Sequence record: OZ470804.1
Source: a phage
Reading direction: 5' to 3' (one strand)
Length of the DNA: 64,000 nt
Below the pieces are notes generated by a model. The model searched no databases, was not told the origin of the DNA, and saw only the letters and a list, made by a program, of their open reading frames with translations. This document shows positions 1-10,615 of the stretch, piece after piece; the first letter of the stretch is position 1, and each line of letters begins with the position of its first letter. The translations under genes were made by a program, and so were the position numbers.

Positions 1-1
1 A

Positions 2-1603
2 ATGGATTTAAATGCTGTTAAGCAGAAGCGAGTGGAAGATGTTAGGAAAGTCCTAGCTGGAGAGTTGGGGCTTTCTGATGAAGTAAAAGAAATTATCAAA
101 TCATTCGGTAAAGACCCCTCTAAATTCCTTCCAACTCAAATTCTGACTTTATTAAGATACACACCAGACCAAGTTAGACTTATCTTCAAATTGATGACTG
201 ATAAGAACTATGTAGCCCCTCAGCCGGGTTCTCAAGAGGTCTTTTTAAATACTAATGCTGACTTGGTTTTATATGGTGGTGCTGCTGGTGCTGGTAAAAC
301 TGCTGCATTGTTAATGGACTCTTTAAGGTTTATTGAAGACCCTAACTATAATGCTGTATATTTCCGTCGAAATACAACACAGTTACAAGGTGGTTTATGG
401 CCTGCTGCAAAGAAACTATTTGGTAAGTTTGGTGGGGTTCCTCACGAGCAGAAGATGACTATCACATTCCCTTCTGGGGCAACTATTAAGTTCACCTACC
501 TAGAACTTGAAAAGCACGCTGAAGGTCATCAGGGTATTGAATACTCAGCTATCTACTTTGACGAAGGTACACACTTCTCTGCTTCACAGATTTCATACCT
601 ACAGACCCGTCTACGTTCTGGTGCTGAAGGGGATTCATACATGAAGATTTCTATGAACCCAGACAGAGACCACTTCATTTATGATTGGGTAGAGCCATTC
701 TTAGATGAAGAAGGTTACCCAGACCCTGAGAAGTGTGGTCGTATTCGTTGGTATGTTATGAATGATGGTGTGATGGTTTCTGATTGGGAGAGAGACAAGA
801 TTCTTGAAATGTTCCCTCTTGAGATTCCTCAGACATACACCTTCATCTCTGGTACGATTGATGATAACCCAATTCTTGACTTCTTAGAACCTAAATATCG
901 TGGTAAGTTGGAAAACAACACACCTGTAAACGTTGCAAGACTTCGTTTCGGTAACTGGAAGGCTCGTGCAGAAGGTTCAAACTATTGGCAAAGACAATGG
1001 TGTGAGATTGTTGATTCACTCCCAGAAGATGTGTTTGATGTCAGAGCATGGGACTTAGCAGCGACTTTACCATCTGAGATTAACCCTAATCCAGACTGGA
1101 CAGCGGGTGTTAAGATGGGTAAATCTAAAAAAGACGGTTGCTATTATATCATTGATGTAGTAAGATTTAGAGATAGACCCTCTGGAGTCGAAACACAAAT
1201 TAATTTGACTGCTGAAAGTGACGGTAAGCGAACTGGTATTTTTATCCCTCAAGACCCAGGCGCTGCTGGTAAATCCTATGCAACATCCCTCATCAGGAAA
1301 CTTGCCGAGAAAGGTTATCGCGCAAGAGCTAAACCAACAAATAAAGATAAAGTTACCCGCTTTGCGGGATTTTCTGCTGCTTCTGAAGCTGGACTTGTAA
1401 AAGTTTTGAGAGGTAGTTGGAATGAAGCTTATTTCCAAGAGCTTGAAGGCTTTTGTGGTGATGGTAAAACTAAAGATGACCAAGTGGATGCTACCAGTGA
1501 TGCTTTCAACAGTCTTAACGAAGTTAAATTATTCAAGCCACCATCAATGGGCGCTCACACAGACTTAGTGAGAGGAAATCCATATGAGGGGCTTAGACGT
1601 TGA
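2..1603 (+). CDS. terL: terminase large subunit (5' end outside window)
   Basis: ORF open to window edge; Walker A-like GGAAGAGKT and Walker B-like IYFDEGTH; acidic nuclease-type C-terminal half; directly upstream of portal gene. Confidence 0.85.
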   Translation: MDLNAVKQKRVEDVRKVLAGELGLSDEVKEIIKSFGKDPSKFLPTQILTLLRYTPDQVRLIFKLMTDKNYVAPQPGSQEVFLNTNADLVLYGGAAGAGKTAALLMDSLRFIEDPNYNAVYFRRNTTQLQGGLWPAAKKLFGKFGGVPHEQKMTITFPSGATIKFTYLELEKHAEGHQGIEYSAIYFDEGTHFSASQISYLQTRLRSGAEGDSYMKISMNPDRDHFIYDWVEPFLDEEGYPDPEKCGRIRWYVMNDGVMVSDWERDKILEMFPLEIPQTYTFISGTIDDNPILDFLEPKYRGKLENNTPVNVARLRFGNWKARAEGSNYWQRQWCEIVDSLPEDVFDVRAWDLAATLPSEINPNPDWTAGVKMGKSKKDGCYYIIDVVRFRDRPSGVETQINLTAESDGKRTGIFIPQDPGAAGKSYATSLIRKLAEKGYRARAKPTNKDKVTRFAGFSAASEAGLVKVLRGSWNEAYFQELEGFCGDGKTKDDQVDATSDAFNSLNEVKLFKPPSMGAHTDLVRGNPYEGLRR

Positions 1604-1610
1604 TAGCTAG

Positions 1611-3086
1611 GTGAGAAGAATGGCAGATATTACAGAAACACAAGAAAGCTTACCACCATTTAGAATGGGTGAAGTAGGTTCTTTGGGTCTGAAGGTTAAG
1701 AATGGAAGAATCTATGAAGAACCTCGTCAGGCACTAAGGTTCCCTGAAAGTATTAAAACTTTCCAATTAATGATGCGTGACCCTGCTGTAGCAGCATCTG
1801 TAAATATTATTAAGATGTTTGTCAGAAAAGTCAACTGGAGATTCGTACCTCCAAAGGGAAAAGAGCAAGACCCTAAAATGCTTGAAAGAGCAGACTTCTT
1901 TAATTCTTTAATGGATGACATGGAGCATGATTGGGCAGATTTTATTAACTCTGTAATGTCATTCTGCACTTATGGGTTCTGTGTTAACGAGAAAGTTTAT
2001 AAGAAGCGTCAGGGTAAAAAAGGAAAGTACCAGTCAAAATTTGATGATGGTCTAATCGGATGGGCTAAATTGCCAATCAGAAACCAGTCAACGCTTGATA
2101 AGTGGTACTTTGACGAAGACTTTAGAAAAGTTACTGGTGTTAGACAGAATCTGAGAAATGTTTCACATATTGCTGGGGCAATTAATCTTGGAGAAAGACC
2201 ACTAACAAGAAAACTTCCACGAGCTAAATTCATGCTGTTTAAGTATGATGATGAATATGGAAACCCAGAAGGCCGTTCACCATTACTTAATGCCTATGTA
2301 CCGTGGAAGTATAAAGTTCAGATTGAAGAGTATGAAGCTGTTGGTGTTTCAAGAGACTTGGTAGGTATGCCAAAGATTGGTTTACCACCAGATTATCTGG
2401 ATGAAAATGCAGAACCTGAAAAGAAAGCTTTCGTACAATACTGCAAAACTGTTGTTAACGATATGATTGCTAATGATAGAGCAGGCTTAATCTGGCCTAG
2501 ATATATCGACCCAGATACTAAAGAGGATATTTTTGAGTTCTCATTAGTTTCTAGACAGGGTGCTAAAGCATACGATACAGGTTCTATTATTGACAGATAT
2601 TCTAAGCAGATTATGATGGCATTTATGTCAGATATTCTTGCTATGGGTCAGTCAAAATACGGTTCATTCTCTCTTGCAGATTCTAAGACAAGCTTACTAG
2701 CAATGTCAGTAGATATTCTGCTGAAGCAAATTAAGAACGTAATTAACCGTGATTTAGTTGCACAGACTTATGCTCTTAATATGTGGGATGATGAAGAACA
2801 TGTGCAAATCACATATGATGATATCGAAACTCCAGACCTTGAAGCAATTGGTTCTTATATTCAGAAGACTGTTGCAGTAGGTGCTTTGGAAGTTGACAAA
2901 GAGCTATCTAACAAACTTAGAGAGCATATTGGTCTTCCTCCTGCTGATGAGTCTCATCCAGTATCTGAAAAGCTTTCTCCGAATAGCCAAAGCCGTTCAG
3001 GAGATGGTTATAAGACCGCTGGAGAAGGTACTGCAAAGACACCTTCAGCGAAAGACCCAAGCACAGCAAATAAGGCAAATAAATAA
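1611..3086 (+). CDS. portal protein
   Basis: 491-aa ORF starting 8 nt after terminase stop and preceding protease/capsid genes; canonical position and size. Confidence 0.7.
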   Translation: MRRMADITETQESLPPFRMGEVGSLGLKVKNGRIYEEPRQALRFPESIKTFQLMMRDPAVAASVNIIKMFVRKVNWRFVPPKGKEQDPKMLERADFFNSLMDDMEHDWADFINSVMSFCTYGFCVNEKVYKKRQGKKGKYQSKFDDGLIGWAKLPIRNQSTLDKWYFDEDFRKVTGVRQNLRNVSHIAGAINLGERPLTRKLPRAKFMLFKYDDEYGNPEGRSPLLNAYVPWKYKVQIEEYEAVGVSRDLVGMPKIGLPPDYLDENAEPEKKAFVQYCKTVVNDMIANDRAGLIWPRYIDPDTKEDIFEFSLVSRQGAKAYDTGSIIDRYSKQIMMAFMSDILAMGQSKYGSFSLADSKTSLLAMSVDILLKQIKNVINRDLVAQTYALNMWDDEEHVQITYDDIETPDLEAIGSYIQKTVAVGALEVDKELSNKLREHIGLPPADESHPVSEKLSPNSQSRSGDGYKTAGEGTAKTPSAKDPSTANKANK

Positions 3087-3586
3087 TGGCTGAAGTTATC
3101 TCTATTTCAAATGCTACACGAGTGCATTCGTATAGAGGTGTCCTTATCATTACTGATAAGTTATCTGTAGAGGCTGGCTCAAGGGTCAGCCTTTCAGGTT
3201 ATGTTAGTGATGGTGGAGTCTCTGACGTTTTCACTATTTGTAGGTTACTTGATGCACCAATGAGTGGAAAACCGTTTATTTCAGGAAATTGTAGTGAAAT
3301 TGTTAAAATTCCATTTGACAGTTCATGCCTTTTGGGTGTAAAGTTATATAACTGCGAGAATAAACGTATCAATGTTAAAAGCATTGAAGCCGCTTTCATT
3401 ACCCTCGACACTGCATTTCAATCTCCAATGACAGTTAATAAAGAAACAAACAGACTTGAATACATTTTTTCACAAAATGATTACAAAGTACTTGTCAAAG
3501 GTAAAGTATATGATATGATTGTAAATGTGGTAGATGAATCTGGTAACCATTCAACAGTCCTTAAACAAAAAGTAAGGTTTAATTAA
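3086..3586 (+). CDS. hypothetical protein (head module)
   Basis: 166-aa ORF, start overlaps portal stop; no motif recognised. Confidence 0.4.
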   Translation: MAEVISISNATRVHSYRGVLIITDKLSVEAGSRVSLSGYVSDGGVSDVFTICRLLDAPMSGKPFISGNCSEIVKIPFDSSCLLGVKLYNCENKRINVKSIEAAFITLDTAFQSPMTVNKETNRLEYIFSQNDYKVLVKGKVYDMIVNVVDESGNHSTVLKQKVRFN

Positions 3587-3918
3587 TGGGAACATTAACT
3601 ATTGATGGTAAGAATAAAATCCTCGCCACGCTAACCCCAACGACTATTATTTTACACAATGTAGACCCAACGGCAGACCCTACAGCAAATAAGGTTACTC
3701 AGCCAGTGGCTATTTATTTTTCTGAACCGGATAATGGCTTAATTGCCTCAGAAGACACAGTTAATATTACTGTTCCAGCTTCTGCAACGGTCTCACACTA
3801 TAGCTTGTGGGATGCTAACGATAAATGCGTGGCAACTGGTGCTCTTAGCAAACCTCAATTCTTTGCTGAAGAAGGTATCTATGTTATCTCTTCAGTCTCT
3901 GTAGATTTAAACAAATAG
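3586..3918 (+). CDS. hypothetical protein (head module)
   Basis: 110-aa ORF, translationally coupled to upstream gene. Confidence 0.4.
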   Translation: MGTLTIDGKNKILATLTPTTIILHNVDPTADPTANKVTQPVAIYFSEPDNGLIASEDTVNITVPASATVSHYSLWDANDKCVATGALSKPQFFAEEGIYVISSVSVDLNK

Positions 3919-3929
3919 GGTGAGTAAAA

Positions 3930-5276
3930 ATGAGTTCGAATATCTTCAGACTTGCTGATAGATTATTCAACCAACCTTTACTAGCCACTGAATCATTAGC
4001 TCACTCAGCAGCAACTTATGTGAATAACAGATTGCTGGGTGATGTCCAAGCAGCAGTAAACTTTGATAAACCCAAAGGTGAAGCAAGAAGTCTTTTAAAA
4101 GTAAAAGATGACATTGCTATTATCCCTATTATGGGTGGTTTAACTCATCGTATGACATTCATTGATGCAATGTGTACAGGTGGTCTAAGCTCTTATGAAG
4201 GTTTACGTAGAGGCTTTGACGAAGCTTTAGCAGATGAGTCAATTAAGACTATTGTTCTGCATATTGATTCTGGTGGTGGTGAAGCTTCAGGTTGCTTTGA
4301 ATTAGCACGTCACATCATGGCTTCAAGAGGCCAAAAGAAAATTATTGCTTATGTAGATGAGTTCGCTTGTTCCGCTGCATATGCTCTTGCATCTTCTGCT
4401 GAAGAAATTATTGCATCACCAGATGCAGATGTTGGTTCTATCGGTGTAATCATGGTTCATCAGGAATTAACTAAGGCATTTGAAAAGAATGGCGTAACAA
4501 TTAACGTCATTAAAGCTGGTGAGTTTAAAGGTATGGGTTCACCATTCCAAGCACTTTCAGAAGAAAGCAAAGAAAGACTTCAAAAGAGGATTAATGATAC
4601 CTACGCAACCTTCACAGGTTTTGTAGCCGAATCTCGTAATCTCTCTGAAGAAGCTGTAAAGAATACTGAGGCGAATGTTTATTCTGCTCAGGAAGCTCTT
4701 GAACTTGGTTTAATTAACTCAATCATGTCTCAAGATGATTTCTTAAATTACTTACAAGGTTCTGAAGAGGCTCCTGTAAGTTTAAACGTTAACAATTCAG
4801 GTGAAGAAATGACTGAACAAGAAAAGCAAGAACTAGAAGCTTTGCGTCTTCAGGTTGCTCAAATGAAAGCTAAAGAACAGGAAGCTGCTTTGTCAGATTT
4901 GACTAATAAGATTTCTGCTTCTGCTGAAGCTTTTGGATTTGATGCAAAAGAAGCTGCAACGACTATTTTAGGTGCTGGTCTTGATAACCCTCTGAGTGTT
5001 CTGTTTATGGATGCTATGGAAGGTGCTAACCAGAAACTTAATGAAACTATCGCATCCCACGCTTCTGCAATGGAAGAAAAAGAATCAGAAATTACCAAGC
5101 TGAAAGAAACTGCTGGTGCTGTTCTTGAACATTCCAACGCTATGGAAGAAATGGGTAATGACGGCGAAGCTGATTTGGTTGAAGAAGAAAACGAACCAGC
5201 TAAGAATGCTTCCGAAGACACCGCTGAACAACGCAAACTGGCTCTCCAGAATGCTCTAAAATCTCTTATCAAATAA
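3930..5276 (+). CDS. prohead protease (S49/SppA-like) with C-terminal scaffold-like coiled-coil region
   Basis: N-terminal half resembles S49 peptidases (IVLHIDSGGGEASG, FACSAAYALA); C-terminal 150 aa Ala/Glu/Lys-rich and acidic like a scaffold; sits between portal and capsid. Confidence 0.75.
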   Translation: MSSNIFRLADRLFNQPLLATESLAHSAATYVNNRLLGDVQAAVNFDKPKGEARSLLKVKDDIAIIPIMGGLTHRMTFIDAMCTGGLSSYEGLRRGFDEALADESIKTIVLHIDSGGGEASGCFELARHIMASRGQKKIIAYVDEFACSAAYALASSAEEIIASPDADVGSIGVIMVHQELTKAFEKNGVTINVIKAGEFKGMGSPFQALSEESKERLQKRINDTYATFTGFVAESRNLSEEAVKNTEANVYSAQEALELGLINSIMSQDDFLNYLQGSEEAPVSLNVNNSGEEMTEQEKQELEALRLQVAQMKAKEQEAALSDLTNKISASAEAFGFDAKEAATTILGAGLDNPLSVLFMDAMEGANQKLNETIASHASAMEEKESEITKLKETAGAVLEHSNAMEEMGNDGEADLVEEENEPAKNASEDTAEQRKLALQNALKSLIK

Positions 5277-5287
5277 GGAACACAATA

Positions 5288-5665
5288 ATGGCATATCAAG
5301 GTTTTACTAAGTTAGGTAAAAGAGAACCTCTGAATGATATCATTCTTTGGGAACAGGTTACCCCAACAGGCCACTCTCGTAAAGAGTACACTCCAGTTGC
5401 TTCAACAGAATACCGTGTAGGTGAAGTTCTGAAAGCAGACGGCACTAAAGTTACAGCAGGACAAGAAGCTCAGGCTGATTCGGTATGTATCGTTAACTTT
5501 TATGCAGACCTGCAACTGTCTTACCACGGTCAGTTGAAAGTTGTTGGTATTTACCGCGACGCAGAACTAAAAGACCTGCTTACTCTTGAGTCAGGTGTTG
5601 ATGCTGCCGCAGTCAAGACAGCTCTGGCTGCTAAAGGTATTGATTTCGTACCAACTGGCCTGTAA
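5288..5665 (+). CDS. head decoration-like protein
   Basis: 125-aa ORF immediately upstream of major capsid gene, as in lambda D/E arrangement; weak sequence resemblance only. Confidence 0.4.
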   Translation: MAYQGFTKLGKREPLNDIILWEQVTPTGHSRKEYTPVASTEYRVGEVLKADGTKVTAGQEAQADSVCIVNFYADLQLSYHGQLKVVGIYRDAELKDLLTLESGVDAAAVKTALAAKGIDFVPTGL

Positions 5666-5698
5666 TAACAATAATAAGACATTCTGGAGAATTTTACA

Positions 5699-6802
5699 AT
5701 GTTGACTAATTCTGAAAAAAGCAGATTTTTCCTTGCTGACCTGACTGGTGAAGTCCAGTCTATCCCAAATACTTATGGGTATATTTCCAACTTAGGTCTG
5801 TTCCGTTCAGCACCAATCACCCAAACTACTTTCCTTATGGACTTGACTGATTGGGATGTTAGCTTGCTTGATGCGGTAGACCGTGATAGCCGTAAAGCAG
5901 AGACTAGCGCACCTGAGCGTGTTCGTCAAATCAGCTTCCCAATGATGTACTTCAAAGAAGTTGAAAGCATCACTCCTGATGAAATTCAGGGTGTACGTCA
6001 GCCAGGCACTGCAAACGAGCTTACTACTGAAGCTGTAGTACGTGCTAAGAAGCTGATGAAGATTCGTACCAAGTTCGATATTACTCGTGAGTTCCTGTTT
6101 ATGCAAGCTCTGAAGGGTAAAGTTGTCGATGCTCGTGGTACTCTGTACGCTGACCTGTACAAGCAGTTCGATGTTGAGAAGAAGACTGTTTACTTCGACC
6201 TTGACAATCCTAATGCTGATATCGACGCTTCTATTGAAGAACTGCGTATGCACATGGAAGACGAAGCGAAGACTGGCACTGTAATCAACGGTGAAGAAAT
6301 TCACGTAGTTGTTGACCGTGTGTTCTTCAGTAAGCTGACTAAACATCCTAAGATTCGTGACGCTTATCTTGCACAGCAGACTCCGCTGGCTTGGCAACAG
6401 ATTACTGGTTCTCTGAGAACTGGTGGTACTGACGGCGTTCAGGCTCATATGAACACCTTCTACTACGGTGGTGTTAAGTTTGTCCAGTACAACGGTAAGT
6501 TCAAAGACAAGCGTGGTAAGGTTCACACTCTGGTAAGCATTGATGGTGCAGCAGCAACTGTTGGTGTTGGTCATGCCTTCCCTAACGTTTCTATGCTGGG
6601 TGAAGCAAACAACATCTTCGAAGTGGCATATGGTCCATGTCCTAAGATGGGTTATGCAAATACACTTGGTCAGGAACTGTACGTATTCGAATACGAAAAA
6701 GACCGTGACGAAGGTATTGACTTCGAAGCTCACTCTTACATGCTGCCATACTGTACTCGTCCTCAGTTGCTGGTAGATGTTCGTGCTGACGCCAAAGACT
6801 AA
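5699..6802 (+). CDS. major capsid protein
   Basis: 367-aa ORF after protease and decoration-like genes; C-terminal region resembles lambda gpE-type capsid proteins from memory; strong RBS context. Confidence 0.75.
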   Translation: MLTNSEKSRFFLADLTGEVQSIPNTYGYISNLGLFRSAPITQTTFLMDLTDWDVSLLDAVDRDSRKAETSAPERVRQISFPMMYFKEVESITPDEIQGVRQPGTANELTTEAVVRAKKLMKIRTKFDITREFLFMQALKGKVVDARGTLYADLYKQFDVEKKTVYFDLDNPNADIDASIEELRMHMEDEAKTGTVINGEEIHVVVDRVFFSKLTKHPKIRDAYLAQQTPLAWQQITGSLRTGGTDGVQAHMNTFYYGGVKFVQYNGKFKDKRGKVHTLVSIDGAAATVGVGHAFPNVSMLGEANNIFEVAYGPCPKMGYANTLGQELYVFEYEKDRDEGIDFEAHSYMLPYCTRPQLLVDVRADAKD

Positions 6803-6823
6803 TATTCTTAAGGAGGGTTATGA

Positions 6824-7273
6824 ATGTGTTATACAGGCGACCCAGCCAATAACCCTCTTGATAGAGTAAGAATCCTCTGCACAGACACCAATAATGATGA
6901 AATTCTTATTGAGCAGTCTGTGCTAGAGTGGTTCTATCTAGAATCTGGAAAGGATGAAAAGAAAGCAGCCATCAAAGCTCTTAAATATTTACTCTTTCAA
7001 GTAGCCAAGATGGGAGATGAGAAGGTTGGTGGTGTTTATTTACGTAACTCTTCCAGATTCAAATCTCTGAAAGCTGTTTATGATGACCTTGTTAAAAGCT
7101 CTGTTTCAGGACTACCCTATGCAGGTGGTATTAATCAGTGCGATATTGATATGCGTCGTCAGAATCCTTGCTCTGTCAAGAAATACACAGAATATGGTGA
7201 TGCTGCCAGATACGAAGGCAGAGATTACTGCAACCGTGTTAATGGCGTATTTATTATCGAGCGAGATGAATAA
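6824..7273 (+). CDS. hypothetical head-tail joining protein
   Basis: 149-aa ORF between capsid and tail genes; synteny only. Confidence 0.3.
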   Translation: MCYTGDPANNPLDRVRILCTDTNNDEILIEQSVLEWFYLESGKDEKKAAIKALKYLLFQVAKMGDEKVGGVYLRNSSRFKSLKAVYDDLVKSSVSGLPYAGGINQCDIDMRRQNPCSVKKYTEYGDAARYEGRDYCNRVNGVFIIERDE

Positions 7274-7755
7274 TGGTTAAAAGGGTTATTCACCCCGCTA
7301 GAGCAAAATTAGTCGGGGCTATGAAGAACTTGCAAACGGCTAATGCTCAAGTTGGGTATTTTCAAGAACAAGGTCAACATAGCTCTGGTTTTTCTTATCC
7401 TGCTTTAATGTATTTACAAGAAGTTATTGGGGTTCCTTCAGCTTCTGGTAAAGTATATCGTAGGTTGTTTGAAATCACTATGATGCTAAACAGACAGGCC
7501 TTGTTAGAGCAGACTAAGAAGAATCTATATAAGCAACTTAGCAGTCTCAACACAGACCCTTCAAATACCTTAGAAGCATTTGCAAAGAATGCTCAAAAGG
7601 CAATTAAAAGAGGTTTTGGTAATTCTGCTATCCTCCCTCCTAACGCACCTTCCACAGTCAAGAAAAAAGGCTTTAACGCACCTCTTGTTGAGACAGGTGA
7701 CTTAAGGGAGAACCTTGCTTATAAAATTTCTACTAAGAAGGGTATTAAAAAATGA
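7273..7755 (+). CDS. hypothetical head-tail connector protein
   Basis: 160-aa ORF, start overlaps upstream stop (ATGA); synteny only. Confidence 0.3.
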   Translation: MVKRVIHPARAKLVGAMKNLQTANAQVGYFQEQGQHSSGFSYPALMYLQEVIGVPSASGKVYRRLFEITMMLNRQALLEQTKKNLYKQLSSLNTDPSNTLEAFAKNAQKAIKRGFGNSAILPPNAPSTVKKKGFNAPLVETGDLRENLAYKISTKKGIKK

Positions 7756-8153
7756 GGCTCTTAAACAGACACAGCTTTGTAGTAAAGCGTAAAGTCTCTG
7801 AAGATGGTTATTATAATGATGATGGTGATTGGGTAGCTTCACAAGATATTGTAGAGGTCAAATGTAAAGGTAATATCCAGCCATATATCAAAGGTTCTGT
7901 AAAGAACGGTACACAGATTGCTTTACCGGAAGGTATTAGGCTTACCGATACAAGAATCCTGTATACCACATATAAACTTAGAACTTCAGATGATGTAGAG
8001 TGGAATGAGTCTGATATTGTTATGATTGATGGTCATGAGTATGAAGTATTTATGACTATGGATTGGTCACAGCAATTAGCCCATACGTCCCATTATGAAT
8101 ATATCATTATTAGAAGGGATAAAATGAATGCAGTTAGAAACAGCAGAACTTGA
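7752..8153 (+). CDS. hypothetical head-tail connector protein
   Basis: 133-aa ORF, overlapping start; synteny only. Confidence 0.3.
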   Translation: MRLLNRHSFVVKRKVSEDGYYNDDGDWVASQDIVEVKCKGNIQPYIKGSVKNGTQIALPEGIRLTDTRILYTTYKLRTSDDVEWNESDIVMIDGHEYEVFMTMDWSQQLAHTSHYEYIIIRRDKMNAVRNSRT

Positions 8154-8727
8154 AAAAGGTCTAGTTAGAACCTTAGTGGATGTTATTGGTCACAGACTAG
8201 CTCGTGATAAGAATAATAGACCAAACGTAATTAGAGCTTACCCTTCTGATAACTCAAATGACAAAGGTTTAAAACCTGACCAGCCATTTATTACCGTATA
8301 TTGTCAAGATGCTGCAACACCTTATGGTTGGGTTCTTGATAAGTTTGTTGAGGATGATGTAGTTTGCTACAGAATTGCTTTTCAGATTCCAGTATTGATT
8401 GCGGTGAATGGTAAAGGTGCTCACAGTATTATGCTTGAGCTTAAACAACGATTAGAGATGAGTTCAGTCAGAGATTTAATCCTTGAAGAAACAGGAGCTA
8501 CAGTACTAGATACTGGAGCAATCCCTAATGACTACACTTATCTCAATACAGATTTCGAAAATTCTGCACCTCTTGTTGTAACTCTTGTAAAAAACTCAGT
8601 CCTGAAAGATGAACGTGGAAGTATTATTGAGCGTGTCATTGTTGATGGTGAGTTAGTTTATGAAGAAGGACAAGAGCCACCAGAATATACTATCCATCTA
8701 GATGTAGACTCCAAAGGGGTAAAATAA
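8128..8727 (+). CDS. hypothetical tail completion protein
   Basis: 199-aa ORF preceding sheath-like gene; start uncertain (overlaps upstream gene). Confidence 0.3.
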   Translation: MQLETAELEKGLVRTLVDVIGHRLARDKNNRPNVIRAYPSDNSNDKGLKPDQPFITVYCQDAATPYGWVLDKFVEDDVVCYRIAFQIPVLIAVNGKGAHSIMLELKQRLEMSSVRDLILEETGATVLDTGAIPNDYTYLNTDFENSAPLVVTLVKNSVLKDERGSIIERVIVDGELVYEEGQEPPEYTIHLDVDSKGVK

Positions 8728-10080
8728 ATGTGGAATCCAATTGTTAATGTAGATATTACATTGAACACCGCAGGAACTACAAGAGAAGGTTTTGGTTTAC
8801 CACTATTCTTAGCTTCAACAGATAACTTTGAAGAAAGAGTACGTGGCTACACTTCCTTAACTGAAGTTGCTGAAGATTTCGATGAGAATACTGCTGCATA
8901 TAAGGCTGCTAAACAACTTTGGAGTCAGACTCCTAAAGTAACTCAGCTTTATATTGGTAGACGTGCTATGCAGTACACTGTATCAATTCCTGATGCCGTT
9001 ACCGAAAGTACAGACTACTCGATTACTGTAGCTGCTGGCGGTGGAATTTCTCAACCATACCAGTATACAGCGCAAGACTCAGACACTGCTGAAGTAGTGT
9101 TGCAACAGTTTAAAACACAGATTGAAGCTGACCCAACAATCAAAGATAAGGTTTCTGTGAACGTAACTGGTAGCAATGGTTCTGCCACAATGATTATTAC
9201 CAAAGCTGGTGATAATGACTTTGTGAAAGTAACAACTACAGCACAGACTGTATCTATTGCAAGCACAACTGCCGATACAGCATCAACTGCTCTGGCAGCC
9301 ATTGAAGCTTATTCTACTGACTGGTATTTCATTGCAGCAGAAGATAGAACTCAACAGTTTGTCCTAGCAATGGCTTCTGAGATTCAGGCTCGTAAGAAAA
9401 TTTTCTTCACTGCTAACTCTGATGTATCAGCACTACAAGGTACAGAATTAAACAGTGCAAACGATGTTCCAGCACAGCTTGCTAAGAGTATGTATACTCG
9501 CACAGTTTGCTTGTGGCATCACACAGCAGCAGAAGATTATCCAGAGATGGCATACATTGCTTATGGTGCTCCATATGATGCAGGTTCAATTGCTTGGGGT
9601 AATGCTCAGCTAACTGGTGTAGCCGCTTCTCTACAACCATCTAATCAGAGACCTCTGACAAGTATTCAGAAGTCTGCTTTAGATGTACGTCACTGTAACT
9701 TTATTGACCTTGATGGTGGTGTTCCAGTGGTTCGTAGAGGGATTACTTCTGGTGGGGAATGGATTGATATCGTCCGTGGTGTTGACTGGTTAGAATCAGA
9801 CCTGAAAACTTCTCTGAGAGACTTGCTAATTAACCAGAAGGGTGGTAAGATTACTTATGATGATACTGGTATTACCCGTATTCGTCAAGTCATTGAAACC
9901 TCTCTGCAAAGAGCAGTCAACAGAAACTTCCTGTCATCTTACACAGTTAATGTTCCTAAAGCCTCTCAAGTTGCTTTAGCAGACAAGAAAGCTCGTATCC
10001 TGAAAGACGTTACCTTCGCAGGTATCTTAGCAGGGGCTATCTTGGATGTTGACTTGAAAGGTACAGTGGCTTACGAATAA
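8728..10080 (+). CDS. tail sheath protein (candidate)
   Basis: 450-aa ORF followed by a 148-aa tube-sized ORF, chaperone pair and tape measure: myovirus sheath-tube order. Confidence 0.55.
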   Translation: MWNPIVNVDITLNTAGTTREGFGLPLFLASTDNFEERVRGYTSLTEVAEDFDENTAAYKAAKQLWSQTPKVTQLYIGRRAMQYTVSIPDAVTESTDYSITVAAGGGISQPYQYTAQDSDTAEVVLQQFKTQIEADPTIKDKVSVNVTGSNGSATMIITKAGDNDFVKVTTTAQTVSIASTTADTASTALAAIEAYSTDWYFIAAEDRTQQFVLAMASEIQARKKIFFTANSDVSALQGTELNSANDVPAQLAKSMYTRTVCLWHHTAAEDYPEMAYIAYGAPYDAGSIAWGNAQLTGVAASLQPSNQRPLTSIQKSALDVRHCNFIDLDGGVPVVRRGITSGGEWIDIVRGVDWLESDLKTSLRDLLINQKGGKITYDDTGITRIRQVIETSLQRAVNRNFLSSYTVNVPKASQVALADKKARILKDVTFAGILAGAILDVDLKGTVAYE

Positions 10081-10095
10081 TAGAGGTAAATTGGA

Positions 10096-10542
10096 ATGGC
10101 TATGTATCAGCAATATTCCCCTAAAGACGTTGTATGTAGCTGGAACGGCATTGCTATTGAAGGCTTTGCTCCAGACTCATTCTTGCGTCTACAGAGAACA
10201 TCACCACTTGTGACACCAGTTGTTGGTGCAGGTGGTCAGGTTGCTCTGACAAGAAATGCAGACAAGACAGGTACTATTGAGATTGAGCTAATGCAGACTT
10301 CTCTCTCTAACCAGATGCTTTCTGCAATTCAAGCTAAACAAGACAATATGGAACTTGAAGAAGATATCTCTTCTAACTTCGTAATCTACGACCCATCAGG
10401 CTCTGTTCTGGCAACTGGTATTAACGCTTGGTTGCAGGAGTTACCACAGATTGAACTTGGTCGTGACCAGAACTCTAAAACTTGGATTTTTGGTTGTGAG
10501 AAGTTAGACTACACTTCTACAATTCCAGCGTCAAGTGTTTAA
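10096..10542 (+). CDS. tail tube protein (candidate)
   Basis: 148-aa ORF between sheath candidate and chaperones; followed by a terminator hairpin. Confidence 0.5.
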   Translation: MAMYQQYSPKDVVCSWNGIAIEGFAPDSFLRLQRTSPLVTPVVGAGGQVALTRNADKTGTIEIELMQTSLSNQMLSAIQAKQDNMELEEDISSNFVIYDPSGSVLATGINAWLQELPQIELGRDQNSKTWIFGCEKLDYTSTIPASSV

Positions 10543-10554
10543 TAAATCCTATAA

Positions 10555-10586
10555 GGGGGAGACTTTAAAAGGTCTTCCCCTTTTTT
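10555..10586 (+). terminator. rho-independent terminator
   Basis: GC-rich inverted repeat GGGGGAGAC / GTCTTCCCC with 8-nt loop followed by TTTTTT. Confidence 0.6.
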
Positions 10587-10615
10587 GTTTCTTTTAAAAG
10601 TATTAAGGAATCACA

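Noticed and set aside
5807-6733. 308-aa - strand ORF inside the major capsid gene (similar antisense ORFs at 1067-1483, 4859-5299, 33476-33898, 55460-55987)
   Set aside because: Entirely antisense to long, motif-supported genes, with low-complexity translations and no translation signals; shadow ORFs
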